Shown one piece after another: positions 28,352 to 38,662 of a stretch of DNA of 64,000 bases. The notes below the pieces were generated by a model that saw nothing but the letters and a program-made list of their open reading frames with translations, was not told where the DNA came from and searched no databases. Positions within the stretch are counted from its first letter, which is position 1; each line of letters starts with the position of its first letter. The DNA is from an uncultured Oscillospiraceae bacterium (GTDB lineage Bacteria; Bacillota; Clostridia; Oscillospirales; Oscillospiraceae): positions 1,443-65,442 of the forward strand of contig CAYWNW010000008.1 of the NCBI GenBank assembly GCA_964459785.1. The letters are read 5' to 3'. Both the position numbers and the translations under genes were made by a program.

Positions 28352-29283
28352 TGGAATACACACACTATTCGGTTATGCTTAACGAATGCATAGAAAGTCT
28401 TAACATAAAGCCGGACGGTATTTATGTTGACGCTACTCTCGGTATGGGAGGACATTCATTTGAGATTGCAAGACGCCTCAATACAGGACGACTCATCTCG
28501 ATTGACCGCGATGCAAAGGCGCTGGAGAGAGCGGTTATGCGCCTCGAACCAGTTATGGACCGAATAACTCTCGTTCACGGCAACTTCCGCGATATGGATG
28601 CGATACTGAGCGACCTAAATATTGACAAGGTTGACGGCATGCTGTTCGATCTTGGGGTATCCAGCCCCCAACTTGACGAGACAGACAGAGGCTTTTCCTA
28701 CATGGCAGACGCGGCACTCGATATGCGTATGGATCAAAATGCTTCTTTCACAGCGGCGGATATTGTCAATACATGGTCAGGCGAGAGAATTAAGCGAATA
28801 TTGTACGATTTCGGTGAAGAACGCTACGCACCGCGGATAGCTGAAGCTATCGTGCGAAACAGAGAAATAAAGAGAATTGAAACCACCCTTCAGCTGGTGG
28901 AAATTATAAAAAGCGCTATGCCGGCAGCGGCACTTCGTGAAAAGCAGCATCCTGCAAAAAGAACATTTCAGGCAATTCGCATTGCCGTAAATGATGAATT
29001 GGAGGCCGTTTCGGAGGTCCTTTCAACTGCAGCCGACAGGCTCAAAAGCGGGGGGCGGCTTGCCGTGATCTCCTTCCACTCGCTGGAGGACAGGATTGTG
29101 AAGAACGCCATAGCCTCAAGAGAAAACGGCTGTACCTGCCCGAGAGATTTCCCTGTATGCAACTGCGGCTTTGTCCAAACTCTGAGGAGCGTTTCCAGAA
29201 AGCCCTATATTCCGCAGGATGCGGAAATCGAAGAAAACCCCAGGTCAAGAAGCGCCAAGCTTCGGGTAGCTGAAAGAGTATAA
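28351..29283 (+). CDS. rsmH: 16S rRNA (cytosine1402-N4)-methyltransferase RsmH
   Basis: 310 aa with DATLGMGGHS, FDLGVSSPQLD and ISFHSLEDRIVK motifs. Confidence 0.95.
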   Translation: MEYTHYSVMLNECIESLNIKPDGIYVDATLGMGGHSFEIARRLNTGRLISIDRDAKALERAVMRLEPVMDRITLVHGNFRDMDAILSDLNIDKVDGMLFDLGVSSPQLDETDRGFSYMADAALDMRMDQNASFTAADIVNTWSGERIKRILYDFGEERYAPRIAEAIVRNREIKRIETTLQLVEIIKSAMPAAALREKQHPAKRTFQAIRIAVNDELEAVSEVLSTAADRLKSGGRLAVISFHSLEDRIVKNAIASRENGCTCPRDFPVCNCGFVQTLRSVSRKPYIPQDAEIEENPRSRSAKLRVAERV

Positions 29284-29322
29284 AATCAGTGGTTTGAAAT
29301 GATTGGGAAAGGGGGAGAATAA

Positions 29323-29877
29323 ATGGCTGCTGCGTCAAAAAACACGAAAATAAGCGCAAATACTGTTTATGGCAGTCTTGCCTATGATTACGGCAGAGCT
29401 GATACATATCGTGAGAAAGCCGCCAGACCGGTCGAAAGACAGGTAATAATTCCCGCTCCTCCGTCAATCAGAGAAAAGACTGCGGCGGCAGTTAAGGTCA
29501 AAACCCAGCAGCATGTCGCGCCGATGGCGATAATCGGTTATGTTTGCGCCGCGATACTGGTGATTTTCTCCCTTATGGCGAAAATTCAGCTTACAGAAAT
29601 CACCGATTCCTCGGCCCAGCTTGAGACGCAGCTGACAGATCTGAATGTAGCCCAAAACAGGCTGCTAATAAATTACGAGAAGGCGTTTAATCTCACCGAG
29701 ATAGAAGAGTACGCCACAACGCAGCTCGGTATGCAGAGACCGAGAGATGAGCAGGTGTTCTATCTTGAAAGCACTGTTCCGAATAAGGCGGTAATTATCA
29801 CTGAAACCGGCAGCGAAAGTGGCTTAGGTGACAGAGTTTTTGATTTCCTCGCCTCAATCTCGGAATATTTCAAGTAG
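29323..29877 (+). CDS. ftsL: Cell division protein FtsL-like (bitopic, coiled coil)
   Basis: 184 aa with a single TM helix (IIGYVCAAILVIFSLMAKI) followed by a coiled coil. It lies between rsmH and the PBP gene. Confidence 0.7.
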   Translation: MAAASKNTKISANTVYGSLAYDYGRADTYREKAARPVERQVIIPAPPSIREKTAAAVKVKTQQHVAPMAIIGYVCAAILVIFSLMAKIQLTEITDSSAQLETQLTDLNVAQNRLLINYEKAFNLTEIEEYATTQLGMQRPRDEQVFYLESTVPNKAVIITETGSESGLGDRVFDFLASISEYFK

Positions 29878-29931
29878 CTTGGCGAGTATTATTCTAGCAG
29901 ATAACTTATGAGGCTAATGGAGGGGAGAAAT

Positions 29932-32256
29932 ATGCCGGATAAAAAACGAAATAAAACATCCCGTGAAACTCCCAATGCCATGATGCTTCGCCGCACACTT
30001 TTTCTTATGATAGTGTGCGGCATAGTTGCTTTTGCGGTACTGGGAATAAGGCTGTTTAAACTCCAGATAATGGACCATGATTTCTATGAAACGGCCGCAA
30101 TTGAGCAGCAGGTGCGGGAGACAACCGTCACGGCCGCACGCGGAACAATCTACGATACCAACAAAAAAATACTCGCAATGAGTGCGAGCGTCGACAACAT
30201 TTATATAAGCCCCGCCGAGATAAAAATATACGAGGAGGACCCTGCTCTCATAGCGCAGGGACTGTCCGAAATTCTCGGCGTGGACTATGATTCGATTATG
30301 GCCAAGGCCGCAAACACAAAGTCTTGGTACCAGACAATTTCGCGTAAGGTGGAGCCGGAGGTTTCCGACAAGGTTCGGGAATTTAAGAACAAATACGACC
30401 TGAAAGGCGTCAAAATTGAGGAAGACAGCAAGAGGTATTATCCTTACAGCAGTCTGGCGGCACAGGTAATCGGCTTTGTGGGAACAGACAACACGGGGCT
30501 TTCCGGTGTTGAAGCCTACGATAACGACATTCTCACCGGTGTCAACGGGAGAATAGTCAGAGCAAAAAATGCAGCGGGAACCGATATGCTTTTCACCAAT
30601 TTTGAGGATTATTACGATGCCCAGGACGGGCAGGATGTTGTACTGACGATTGACTCGACCATTCAGTATTACGTTGAAAAGCACCTTGAGCAGGCAGTTC
30701 GCGATTACGATGTTCAAAACGGCGCCTGTGCGATTGCGATGAATGTAAACACGGGAGAAATTCTCGCGATGGCGAGCCTCGGAAATTTCGATTTGAACAA
30801 CTATCAGATTGTCGATGACGATGCCAAAGCAATAATAGACGCCGAACCCGATGAAGCAAAAAAGCAGGAGCTTTTGGTTAAGGAGCAGCTGCTTCAGTGG
30901 CGCAACAAGGCTATAAGCGATACCTACGAACCGGGCTCGACTTTCAAAATCATAACACTTTCGATGGCGCTCAACGAAGGCGTTGTCAAAACTAGCGACA
31001 GCTTTTACTGCGGCGGCTCGATTGATGTTGTGGGCAGAACCGAACCGGTAAATTGCTGGAAAGCGGGAGGACACGGCTCACAGACTCTGACACAGGCACT
31101 TCAGCACTCCTGCAACGTCGCTTTCGTTCAGATAGGACAGAAAGTCGGCGCTGAAAAATTCTATGATTACTGCGAGGCCTTTGGATTCTTCAACTCCTCA
31201 TCTGACCCGGACGCGCAGCTTTCGGGGGAAACCGGCATCGACCTCGGCGGAGAGAGCGGAAGCATCTGGTGGTCACGAAACAAATTCACAAATCCCAATG
31301 ATAAATCGGAGCTGGCGGCTGCCTCCTTCGGGCAGACCTTCAATATCACTCCGCTTCAGCTCATAACCGCGGTTTCTGCCTGTACTAACGGCGGATATCT
31401 TATGAAGCCCTATATCGTCAAAGAAACTCTTAATTCCGACGGCAGCTCGGCGACAAAAACCGAGCCTACCGTTGTCCGTCAGGTGATAAGCGAGGATACG
31501 AGCAAGCTTGTCTGCTCCCTGCTTGAACAGGTTGTCGGCGACAAGACAGAGGGAACGGGTAAAAACGCCTATGTCGCGGGCTATCGCATCGGCGGAAAAA
31601 CCGGAACGAGTGAAAAGGTGGCTCAGGATGTCGCAGGCGGCGACAAGGAATACTATGTTTCCTTTATCGGAGTCGCGCCCATTGACAATCCAGAAATTGC
31701 TCTTTTGGTCATTTTGGATACGCCCAGCAACAGCACGGGAATCTATATCAGCGGCGGACAGATGGGCGCTCCCACAGTCGGCAAAATGTTTGCCGATATA
31801 CTTCCTTACATGGGCTATCAACCTCAGTACACCGCTGAGGAACTGTCAATTGTCGACAAGACCGTACCCTATATTAAGGGCATGAGCTCCTCGGAGGCCT
31901 TAACTAAGATTGAGGCAAGCGGACTGACAGCCAGAATAATAGGCACAGGCACAAGCGTTACCGCGCAGATACCCGCCGCTAACAGTGTGGTTGCCGCCGG
32001 AAGTCAGGTACTTGTCTACTGCGACGCCACGCCTTCGGAAGAAATGGAAATTATGCCTGACTTAACAGGTATGACTTACAGTATCGCCAGACAGAACATG
32101 GGCTCTTATGCGCTTTACGTTAGAGCTTCGGGACCGATAACAAGCTCAACCTCCGTTGTTGTAACGAGCCAGAGCATAGCAGCCGGAACATCGGTGGCGC
32201 ACGGCACGGTCGTAGAACTGACAGTTGCGGATACGAGCAATCTGGGTCGATACTGA
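29932..32256 (+). CDS. Class B penicillin-binding protein with two C-terminal PASTA domains (SpoVD/PBP2B type)
   Basis: ATG at 29932 follows GGAGGGGA. Motifs: N-terminal TM helix, SxxK (GSTFK), SxN (HSCN), KTG (GGKTGTS). Two PASTA-like repeats lie at the C-terminus. Confidence 0.9.
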   Translation: MPDKKRNKTSRETPNAMMLRRTLFLMIVCGIVAFAVLGIRLFKLQIMDHDFYETAAIEQQVRETTVTAARGTIYDTNKKILAMSASVDNIYISPAEIKIYEEDPALIAQGLSEILGVDYDSIMAKAANTKSWYQTISRKVEPEVSDKVREFKNKYDLKGVKIEEDSKRYYPYSSLAAQVIGFVGTDNTGLSGVEAYDNDILTGVNGRIVRAKNAAGTDMLFTNFEDYYDAQDGQDVVLTIDSTIQYYVEKHLEQAVRDYDVQNGACAIAMNVNTGEILAMASLGNFDLNNYQIVDDDAKAIIDAEPDEAKKQELLVKEQLLQWRNKAISDTYEPGSTFKIITLSMALNEGVVKTSDSFYCGGSIDVVGRTEPVNCWKAGGHGSQTLTQALQHSCNVAFVQIGQKVGAEKFYDYCEAFGFFNSSSDPDAQLSGETGIDLGGESGSIWWSRNKFTNPNDKSELAAASFGQTFNITPLQLITAVSACTNGGYLMKPYIVKETLNSDGSSATKTEPTVVRQVISEDTSKLVCSLLEQVVGDKTEGTGKNAYVAGYRIGGKTGTSEKVAQDVAGGDKEYYVSFIGVAPIDNPEIALLVILDTPSNSTGIYISGGQMGAPTVGKMFADILPYMGYQPQYTAEELSIVDKTVPYIKGMSSSEALTKIEASGLTARIIGTGTSVTAQIPAANSVVAAGSQVLVYCDATPSEEMEIMPDLTGMTYSIARQNMGSYALYVRASGPITSSTSVVVTSQSIAAGTSVAHGTVVELTVADTSNLGRY

Positions 32257-32297
32257 CGCAATCATAATTCAAGATACAGACTCAAGTGGGGGTTAAT

Positions 32298-33746
32298 ATG
32301 AAACTCAAACAGCTGCTTACGGAAATTGACGTAATTGAATTATGCGCCGATTTGAATACCGAAATAGGCGATATAAGCTATGATTCGCGCAAAACGAATA
32401 AGAATGATTTGTTTGTCGCAATCAGAGGCTTTGAAAGCGACGGTCACAAATTCATCGGCGCTGCCGTTTCGGCAGGTGCGTCCGTCATTCTCTGTGAGGA
32501 AAAGCCGAAAGATAATATTCCCTTTGTTCTGGTTAAAAACTCCCGCCAGGCTCTTGCGCTCGCGTCGAGAAACTATTTTGGGGACCCTGCCTCAAAAATG
32601 AAGCTCGTGGGCGTAACCGGCACAAACGGAAAAACGACGACTACCATACTGATAAAGCACGTTCTGGAAACCTGCACCGGAGAAATGACAGGTCTTATTG
32701 GTACAAACCAGAATATGATAGGCGAAAAGGTGCTTCCGACGGAGCGAACAACTCCCGAGTCCTACGAGCTTCAAAAGCTCTTTAAGCTGATGGCTGACGA
32801 GGGCTGCAAAAATGTAATAATGGAAGTGTCTTCACATTCTCTTGTGCTGGAGCGAGTGGCGGGACTTAATTTTGATGTCGCGGTTTTTACAAATCTGACA
32901 CAGGACCATCTTGATTTTCACAATACCATGGAGGAGTATGCGGGGGCGAAAGCGCTGCTCTTTGAACGCTGCCGCAAAGCGGCGATAAATATCGACGACG
33001 AATGGGGCGGATATATGGCACAGCGCGCCAAATGCCCCGTGTTTACCTATTCCGAAACAAAGCTCGAGGCGGACTTAGTTGCCAAGGACATAAGACTTTC
33101 ACCCTCAAGCGTCAAATTCTGTGCTCTGGCCATGAACAGTCTTGAAAGAGTCAGTATGGATATTCCCGGCAAGTTCTCGGTTTACAATGCAATGTCGGTA
33201 ATTTCCGCCTGCCTGCTGCTCGAACTGCCTCTTGGCGAGATCTGCGAATCGCTCAAGACGGCGAAGGGAGTTAAAGGGCGCGTGGAGCTTGTTCCGACGC
33301 CGAGCGATTTTACCATACTGATTGACTATGCGCATACGCCTGACGCTCTTGAAAACGTAATTAAGTCCATGAAGGAAGTCGCCACAGGCAGAGTTGTTGT
33401 GCTTTTCGGCTGCGGCGGTGACAGGGACAAAACAAAAAGACCAATTATGGGAGAAATAGCGACAACTTACGCAGATTATGCTATAATCACTTCCGATAAC
33501 CCGAGAACAGAGGTTCCGAAGGACATTATCGCGGATATTTTAGCCGGAGTTAAGGCTCCGAAAAACCGATATAAGGTGATTGAGGACAGAACTGAAGCAA
33601 TTGCCTTTGCCATTGACAATCATCTGGAGGGCGACCTAATAATTCTCGCGGGAAAAGGTCACGAAACCTATCAGATAATCGGTAAAACCAAATTCCACAT
33701 GGACGAACGTGAAATTGTAGCTGAGTATCTGGAAAGCAAAACATAA
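32298..33746 (+). CDS. murE: UDP-MurNAc-L-Ala-D-Glu:meso-diaminopimelate ligase
   Basis: P-loop GVTGTNGKTTT and the DNPR motif (ITSDNPRTE), which is diagnostic for meso-DAP-adding MurE. Confidence 0.9.
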   Translation: MKLKQLLTEIDVIELCADLNTEIGDISYDSRKTNKNDLFVAIRGFESDGHKFIGAAVSAGASVILCEEKPKDNIPFVLVKNSRQALALASRNYFGDPASKMKLVGVTGTNGKTTTTILIKHVLETCTGEMTGLIGTNQNMIGEKVLPTERTTPESYELQKLFKLMADEGCKNVIMEVSSHSLVLERVAGLNFDVAVFTNLTQDHLDFHNTMEEYAGAKALLFERCRKAAINIDDEWGGYMAQRAKCPVFTYSETKLEADLVAKDIRLSPSSVKFCALAMNSLERVSMDIPGKFSVYNAMSVISACLLLELPLGEICESLKTAKGVKGRVELVPTPSDFTILIDYAHTPDALENVIKSMKEVATGRVVVLFGCGGDRDKTKRPIMGEIATTYADYAIITSDNPRTEVPKDIIADILAGVKAPKNRYKVIEDRTEAIAFAIDNHLEGDLIILAGKGHETYQIIGKTKFHMDEREIVAEYLESKT

Positions 33747-33779
33747 CTTAAGCGAACACGGGACGGAGGAAACAAACTC

Positions 33780-34802
33780 ATGATAGAAATGATTGAAAAG
33801 CTTATTCTGGCTTTTATCATAGCCTTTTTGGTAGCTGCGGCAGTAGGGAAATTTTTGGTACCTTGGCTGCGCAGGATAAAAGCAGGGCAGGCAATCAAGG
33901 AAAACGGACCGACCTGGCACATGTCAAAGGCCGGAACTCCCACAATGGGCGGAATCATTTTTATCGCGGGTGTCACGGCAGTTTGCATTACCACTAGTTT
34001 TTGCGGGCTCAGACAGGGTGATTTCGGCTACATCTATGTGCTGCTTTTCTCTCTGGCCTACGGCGCCATCGGTTTTCTCGACGATTATGAAAAGCTGAAG
34101 AAAAAACAAAATCTTGGACTGACGGCAAAGCAGAAGCTTCTGCTTCAGGTCGCGGTGGCGGCGCTTTTCGTCTATCTTCTCAGAAGTGTCGGCATTATAA
34201 CACCGAATCTCTATGTACCTTTCTTCGGGGCTGAGTGGATTATGCCCGAGTGGCTTTACTTTGCATTTCTGATTTTCGTTGTTGTCGCAACAGTCAACGC
34301 CGTTAACCTTACCGACGGAGTTGACGGACTGGCAACCGGCACCTCAATTCCGGTTTTCCTTTTCTTTGCTGCGGTTGCAGCCGTTTGGGGCGAAAAATAC
34401 CTTTCTCTCGGACTTTTTTCCGCGGGACTTGTCGGCGGGCTTTTCGGCTTTCTGATTTACAACTTCAATCCCGCGAAGGTTTTCATGGGAGATACAGGCT
34501 CGCTTTTCCTCGGCGGAGCTGTGGCGGGACTTGCGATTGCCTTTAATATGCCGCTTATAATTATCACAATCGGCATACTTTATATCCTCGAGGTCCTTTC
34601 GGACGTAATCCAAGTGGGCTATTTCAAGCTCAGTCACGGAAAGCGCGTTTTCAAAATGGCGCCCTTCCACCACCACCTGGAGATGGGAGGATGGACGGGT
34701 AAAAAGTGGACGGAAAAAGAACTTTTCGCGCTTTTTACCGGTATATCCGCTTTGTTTGCGCTGATTTCGTTTTTCGGCGTATCCGGCAGATTCGGAGCGT
34801 AA
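33780..34802 (+). CDS. mraY: Phospho-N-acetylmuramoyl-pentapeptide transferase
   Basis: 340-aa polytopic protein with NAVNLTDGVDGLA, GDTGSLFLGG and the HHHLE motif. Confidence 0.95.
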   Translation: MIEMIEKLILAFIIAFLVAAAVGKFLVPWLRRIKAGQAIKENGPTWHMSKAGTPTMGGIIFIAGVTAVCITTSFCGLRQGDFGYIYVLLFSLAYGAIGFLDDYEKLKKKQNLGLTAKQKLLLQVAVAALFVYLLRSVGIITPNLYVPFFGAEWIMPEWLYFAFLIFVVVATVNAVNLTDGVDGLATGTSIPVFLFFAAVAAVWGEKYLSLGLFSAGLVGGLFGFLIYNFNPAKVFMGDTGSLFLGGAVAGLAIAFNMPLIIITIGILYILEVLSDVIQVGYFKLSHGKRVFKMAPFHHHLEMGGWTGKKWTEKELFALFTGISALFALISFFGVSGRFGA

Positions 34803-34835
34803 TTCGGTTTCACTCGGCAGGAAAGGGGAGATTGT

Positions 34836-36029
34836 GTGCAGGGCAAAGACAGCGTTTTGAAAGACCACAGCCGTGATTTGACGATTTCACGCGGCCCGAT
34901 GGATATACCGTTTTTGATGCTCACGCTGCTTCTTCTGGGAATCGGAGTGGTTATGGTTCTGTCGGCGAGCTATGCCAGCGCCTATTACGATTTAAGCAAA
35001 GAAACGGGCGGCAACGCTACATATTACTTCGGAAAGCAGCTCGTATTCGCCGTGCTTGGCATAACCGTAATGCTTGTCGCCTCACGAGTTCCGCTTAAGC
35101 TATATAGAAAGTTTTCGTTTTGGGTGCTTGGAATAGCCATAATTCTTCTCGTTGCGGTGCTCGTAATCGGCTCGGTGGGCGGCGGCGGAAAGCGCTGGAT
35201 TCTGCTCGGACCGATAAGCGTTCAGCCATCGGAAATAGCCAAAATCGGTGTTATTCTGGCCTTTGCAAGGCTTATCTGCCGATATAAAAACCTTATGGGT
35301 ACCTTCAAATACGGTGTTATGCCCTTCGTGGTGGTGCTAGGCGTGATAGTCGGCCTCCTGTTTTTGGAGCCGCACCTTTCGGCCTCAATTATAATTATTA
35401 TTCTGGGCGCAGTAATGATGTTTATCGGTGGAACAAGGCTTGTTTGGTTTGTCGGCGGCCTTATCGGTGTAAGCGGCCTTTTCGTTATCGCAATCACTGT
35501 TTTGAAATATTCCTCTGAGCGAATTTCCGCGTGGCTTAATCCCTTTGCCGATACCGGCGACACAGGCTACCAGATCGTGCAGTCACTTTACGCTGTCGGT
35601 TCCGGAGGACTTTTCGGGCTGGGCCTCGGGCAAAGCCGCCAGAAATTCCTGTATCTGCCCGAGGAACACAACGACTTCATCTTTTCGATAGTCAGCGAGG
35701 AGCTGGGCTTTATCGGAGCCATGCTGATACTTACACTTTTTGCGCTGCTTATTATCCGCGGCTACTGGATAGCTCTGCACTCCCGCAGCAAATACGGCTT
35801 TTTGGTCTGCACGGGCATTACAACTCTGCTCGCTCTGCAGGTTATTCTCAATGTCGCTGTCTGCACGAATCTTATTCCCTGCACGGGAATTTCCTTGCCC
35901 TTTTTCAGCTACGGCGGCTCGGCGCTTCTCATGCAGCTCGGTGAAATGGGGATTATTCTCAGCGTTTCGCGTGATATACCCGTTGAAAAAACCGTGAAAA
36001 AGCGAAAGCGGGAAAAAGTCAGCACCTGA
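34836..36029 (+). CDS. ftsW: SEDS-family peptidoglycan polymerase FtsW/SpoVE
   Basis: 397-aa polytopic protein with QPSEIAKI, LPEEHNDFIFS and SYGGSALL motifs. It lies between mraY and murG. Confidence 0.9.
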   Translation: MQGKDSVLKDHSRDLTISRGPMDIPFLMLTLLLLGIGVVMVLSASYASAYYDLSKETGGNATYYFGKQLVFAVLGITVMLVASRVPLKLYRKFSFWVLGIAIILLVAVLVIGSVGGGGKRWILLGPISVQPSEIAKIGVILAFARLICRYKNLMGTFKYGVMPFVVVLGVIVGLLFLEPHLSASIIIIILGAVMMFIGGTRLVWFVGGLIGVSGLFVIAITVLKYSSERISAWLNPFADTGDTGYQIVQSLYAVGSGGLFGLGLGQSRQKFLYLPEEHNDFIFSIVSEELGFIGAMLILTLFALLIIRGYWIALHSRSKYGFLVCTGITTLLALQVILNVAVCTNLIPCTGISLPFFSYGGSALLMQLGEMGIILSVSRDIPVEKTVKKRKREKVST

Positions 36030-36070
36030 GCCGAACTGACAGGCTTAAGTGAGAGGAGAAACGAGATTAA

Positions 36071-37192
36071 ATGAAATTTATTTTTACCTGCGGAGGAACC
36101 GCGGGACATATAAATCCGGCGCTGGGTGTGGCGCAAAAGCTTAAGGAACTGATGCCCGACTGCGAAATCCTTTTTGTCGGCGCAGAGGGTTACATGGAGT
36201 CGGAGCTTGTGCCCCGCGAGGGCTTTCCGATTAAAACGGTAACTATTACTAATATCAGCAGAAGTTTAAGCCTTGAGGGGCTGAAACACAACGCCCGAAC
36301 GGTCAAAAATGTTTTAACGGCTATTGGGCAGGCAAAAAAGATAATCCGCGATTTTAAGCCCGACGTGGTTATCGGAACAGGTGGCTATGTTTGTTACCCT
36401 GTTTTAAAGGCGGCACATTCGCTTAAAATCCCGACTGTCGTGCACGAAAGCAACGCCGTTCCGGGACTGACCACAAAAATGCTCGCAGGAACGACCGACA
36501 GAATCCTCGTGGGCTTTGAGGAGAGCAGGCAGTATTATAAGCATAAGGAGAGGGTTGTTGTTACAGGCACCCCCGTTAGGCAGGATTTCCGCAATTCGGA
36601 TAAGGCTTCCGCCAGAGAAAAGCTGGGGCTTGACCCCGAAAAGCCGCTGGTAGTCTCTGTTTGGGGCTCTCTGGGTGCGGCGTTCATGAACAAAACCATG
36701 GTTGGGTTCATTGGCAAGGCTATGGGCGACCCGTTTTTCGGACTTATCCATTCGGCGGGCAAGAGCGGCTATAAAAAAATGCTCAGCGATATGGAAAGCG
36801 CCGGAATTAGAAACGCGAAGGAACGCGGCATGGATGTCCGCGAATATATATACAACATGCCGCTTGTCATGGCGGCGGCTGATTTGGTGGTTTGTCGCAG
36901 CGGAGCATCGACCCTGTCGGAGCTTGCAGCTCTGGGAAAACCCGCTATATTGGTTCCCTCACCGAACGTAACAAATAACCATCAGGACAAAAACGCCAGA
37001 GTCCTGGAAAAAGCCGGAGCGGCAGTCGTAATCCCCGAAAATGAAATCACGGAGGATAAGCTGCTCGGTTCCGTTTCTCTGTTACTCAGCCGCAGGGACA
37101 CTCTGGAGGCAATGTCGGAGCAAATGAAAAAACTAAGCGTCGGCGACGCGACCTCAATAATCGCCGATATTATTCTCGACCTTACAAAATAA
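36071..37192 (+). CDS. murG: UDP-GlcNAc:lipid I N-acetylglucosaminyltransferase
   Basis: 373 aa with the N-terminal GGTAGHINPAL motif and C-terminal GASTLSELAALGKPAILVP. Confidence 0.95.
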   Translation: MKFIFTCGGTAGHINPALGVAQKLKELMPDCEILFVGAEGYMESELVPREGFPIKTVTITNISRSLSLEGLKHNARTVKNVLTAIGQAKKIIRDFKPDVVIGTGGYVCYPVLKAAHSLKIPTVVHESNAVPGLTTKMLAGTTDRILVGFEESRQYYKHKERVVVTGTPVRQDFRNSDKASAREKLGLDPEKPLVVSVWGSLGAAFMNKTMVGFIGKAMGDPFFGLIHSAGKSGYKKMLSDMESAGIRNAKERGMDVREYIYNMPLVMAAADLVVCRSGASTLSELAALGKPAILVPSPNVTNNHQDKNARVLEKAGAAVVIPENEITEDKLLGSVSLLLSRRDTLEAMSEQMKKLSVGDATSIIADIILDLTK

Positions 37193-37359
37193 CTTCAAAA
37201 TTATTCGCTCGGATAAATCCGGCCATAAAATGCGGCTGTCAAGTGCAGGTACAGACTGAATTCGGCTCGCGGGCGCTCTTGCGCACAGGGCATGAATATT
37301 AGCACTTTTCACCTTTTCCGCATAGTATGGCGTAAAATCCACTGTGCGGAGGGGTAAAC

Positions 37360-38634
37360 ATGAGCGTTTGGAAAGTTTCGGGCGGCAAAAAGCTTTACGG
37401 CGACATTAGAATACAGGGATCTAAAAACGCGGTGCTTCCCATAATGGCGGCGGCTATAATCACCGGCTGCGAAACCGAGTTACTTAATTGTCCGCAACTC
37501 AGCGATGTTGAAGCTGCCATGGCCATTTTGCGCCATTTGGGCTGTAAGGCGGAGCGTGACGGGGACACTGTAAGCATAGACTCAAGAGGAATGAACGCAA
37601 CCGACATCCCTCATGACCTCATGCGTGAAATGCGCTCATCCGTCATCTTTCTCGGGGCAATTTTGGCGCGTGCCCACGAGGCAACTTTGTCATATCCCGG
37701 CGGCTGTGAGCTGGGTGCAAGACCTATCGATTTACATCTGGAGGCGCTTCGCAGTCTGGGAGCCGAGATTACAGAGCAGGGCGGCAACCTCTATTGCCGC
37801 GACGAAGGGCTTAGGGGAGCGAGAATTAACCTTTCCTTCCCGAGCGTCGGAGCAACGGAAAACGCAATGCTTGCCGCTTGCGGCGCTCAAGGTGAAACCG
37901 TTATAACAAACGCCGCAAAAGAACCGGAAATTATTGATTTACAGAATTTCCTTATAAAGCTCGGTGTTTCGATTACAGGTGCGGGAAGCTCAACAATTAC
38001 AATTAGCGGAATAGTTCCGCAGTCAAAGGTCGGACACAGAGTGATGACCGATCGCATAGTTTCCGCAACAGCGCTTTGCTGCGCCGCTTCGGCCGGCGGA
38101 AGCATTATGCTCAAAGGTGTTGTTCCCGCGTATTTTGAAACTGTGACATCCGCTCTTGAAAACATGGGCTGCGAAGTTGAACGCAAAGCAAACTCGGTCA
38201 GACTCTGTTCAAGCGGTATTCTCCGCGCGCCGAGGCCGATAGTCACCCGCCCCTATCCGGGCTTTCCGACCGATGCACAGCCGCTTTTAATGGCGGCGTG
38301 TCTAAAGGCCGAGGGGACGACGGTTTTCACCGAGAACATTTTTGAAAACAGATATAGGCACGCCGTGGAGCTTTGCAGGCTCGGCGCGGACATAAGCGTA
38401 GTGGGCAGGGTCGCCGTTGTTACGGGAGTGCGCGAGCTGATCGGCGCTCCGGTTGCGGCAACCGATTTGCGCGGCGGCGCGGCTTTAGTCACGGCGGCGC
38501 TGGGAGCAAAGGGACTCACAACCGTTTATGACACGGGGCATATCGTAAGAGGACATGATGAGCTTGACAAAATGCTGCTCAGTCTGGGTGCGGATATAAG
38601 CTATGAATATGACCGCCTGGCCTGTGTTGTGTAG
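37360..38634 (+). CDS. murA: UDP-N-acetylglucosamine 1-carboxyvinyltransferase
   Basis: 424 aa with GSKNAVLPIMAA, and the active-site Cys in PGGCELGARPIDLH. Confidence 0.95.
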   Translation: MSVWKVSGGKKLYGDIRIQGSKNAVLPIMAAAIITGCETELLNCPQLSDVEAAMAILRHLGCKAERDGDTVSIDSRGMNATDIPHDLMREMRSSVIFLGAILARAHEATLSYPGGCELGARPIDLHLEALRSLGAEITEQGGNLYCRDEGLRGARINLSFPSVGATENAMLAACGAQGETVITNAAKEPEIIDLQNFLIKLGVSITGAGSSTITISGIVPQSKVGHRVMTDRIVSATALCCAASAGGSIMLKGVVPAYFETVTSALENMGCEVERKANSVRLCSSGILRAPRPIVTRPYPGFPTDAQPLLMAACLKAEGTTVFTENIFENRYRHAVELCRLGADISVVGRVAVVTGVRELIGAPVAATDLRGGAALVTAALGAKGLTTVYDTGHIVRGHDELDKMLLSLGADISYEYDRLACVV

Positions 38635-38662
38635 CAAGAAGCCCCGTTAACGAGAGGAAAAT

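Noticed and set aside
29914-31074. A 386-aa minus-strand ORF antisense to the PBP gene. Similar long antisense ORFs lie at 49086-50000 (in hcp), 39805-40473 (in ftsZ), 24185-24751 (in uvrC) and 22629-23125 (in mutS2).
   Set aside because: These are shadow ORFs of GC-rich coding regions. Their products are low-complexity (R/G/A/C-rich) and carry no motifs. The sense-strand genes have unambiguous family signatures and ribosome-binding sites.
32256-36071. Absence of murF and murD from the dcw cluster (murE is followed directly by mraY, and mraY directly by ftsW).
   Set aside because: The intergenic gaps are short and clean with no gene remnants. These genes are probably encoded elsewhere in the genome, which cannot be judged from one window.
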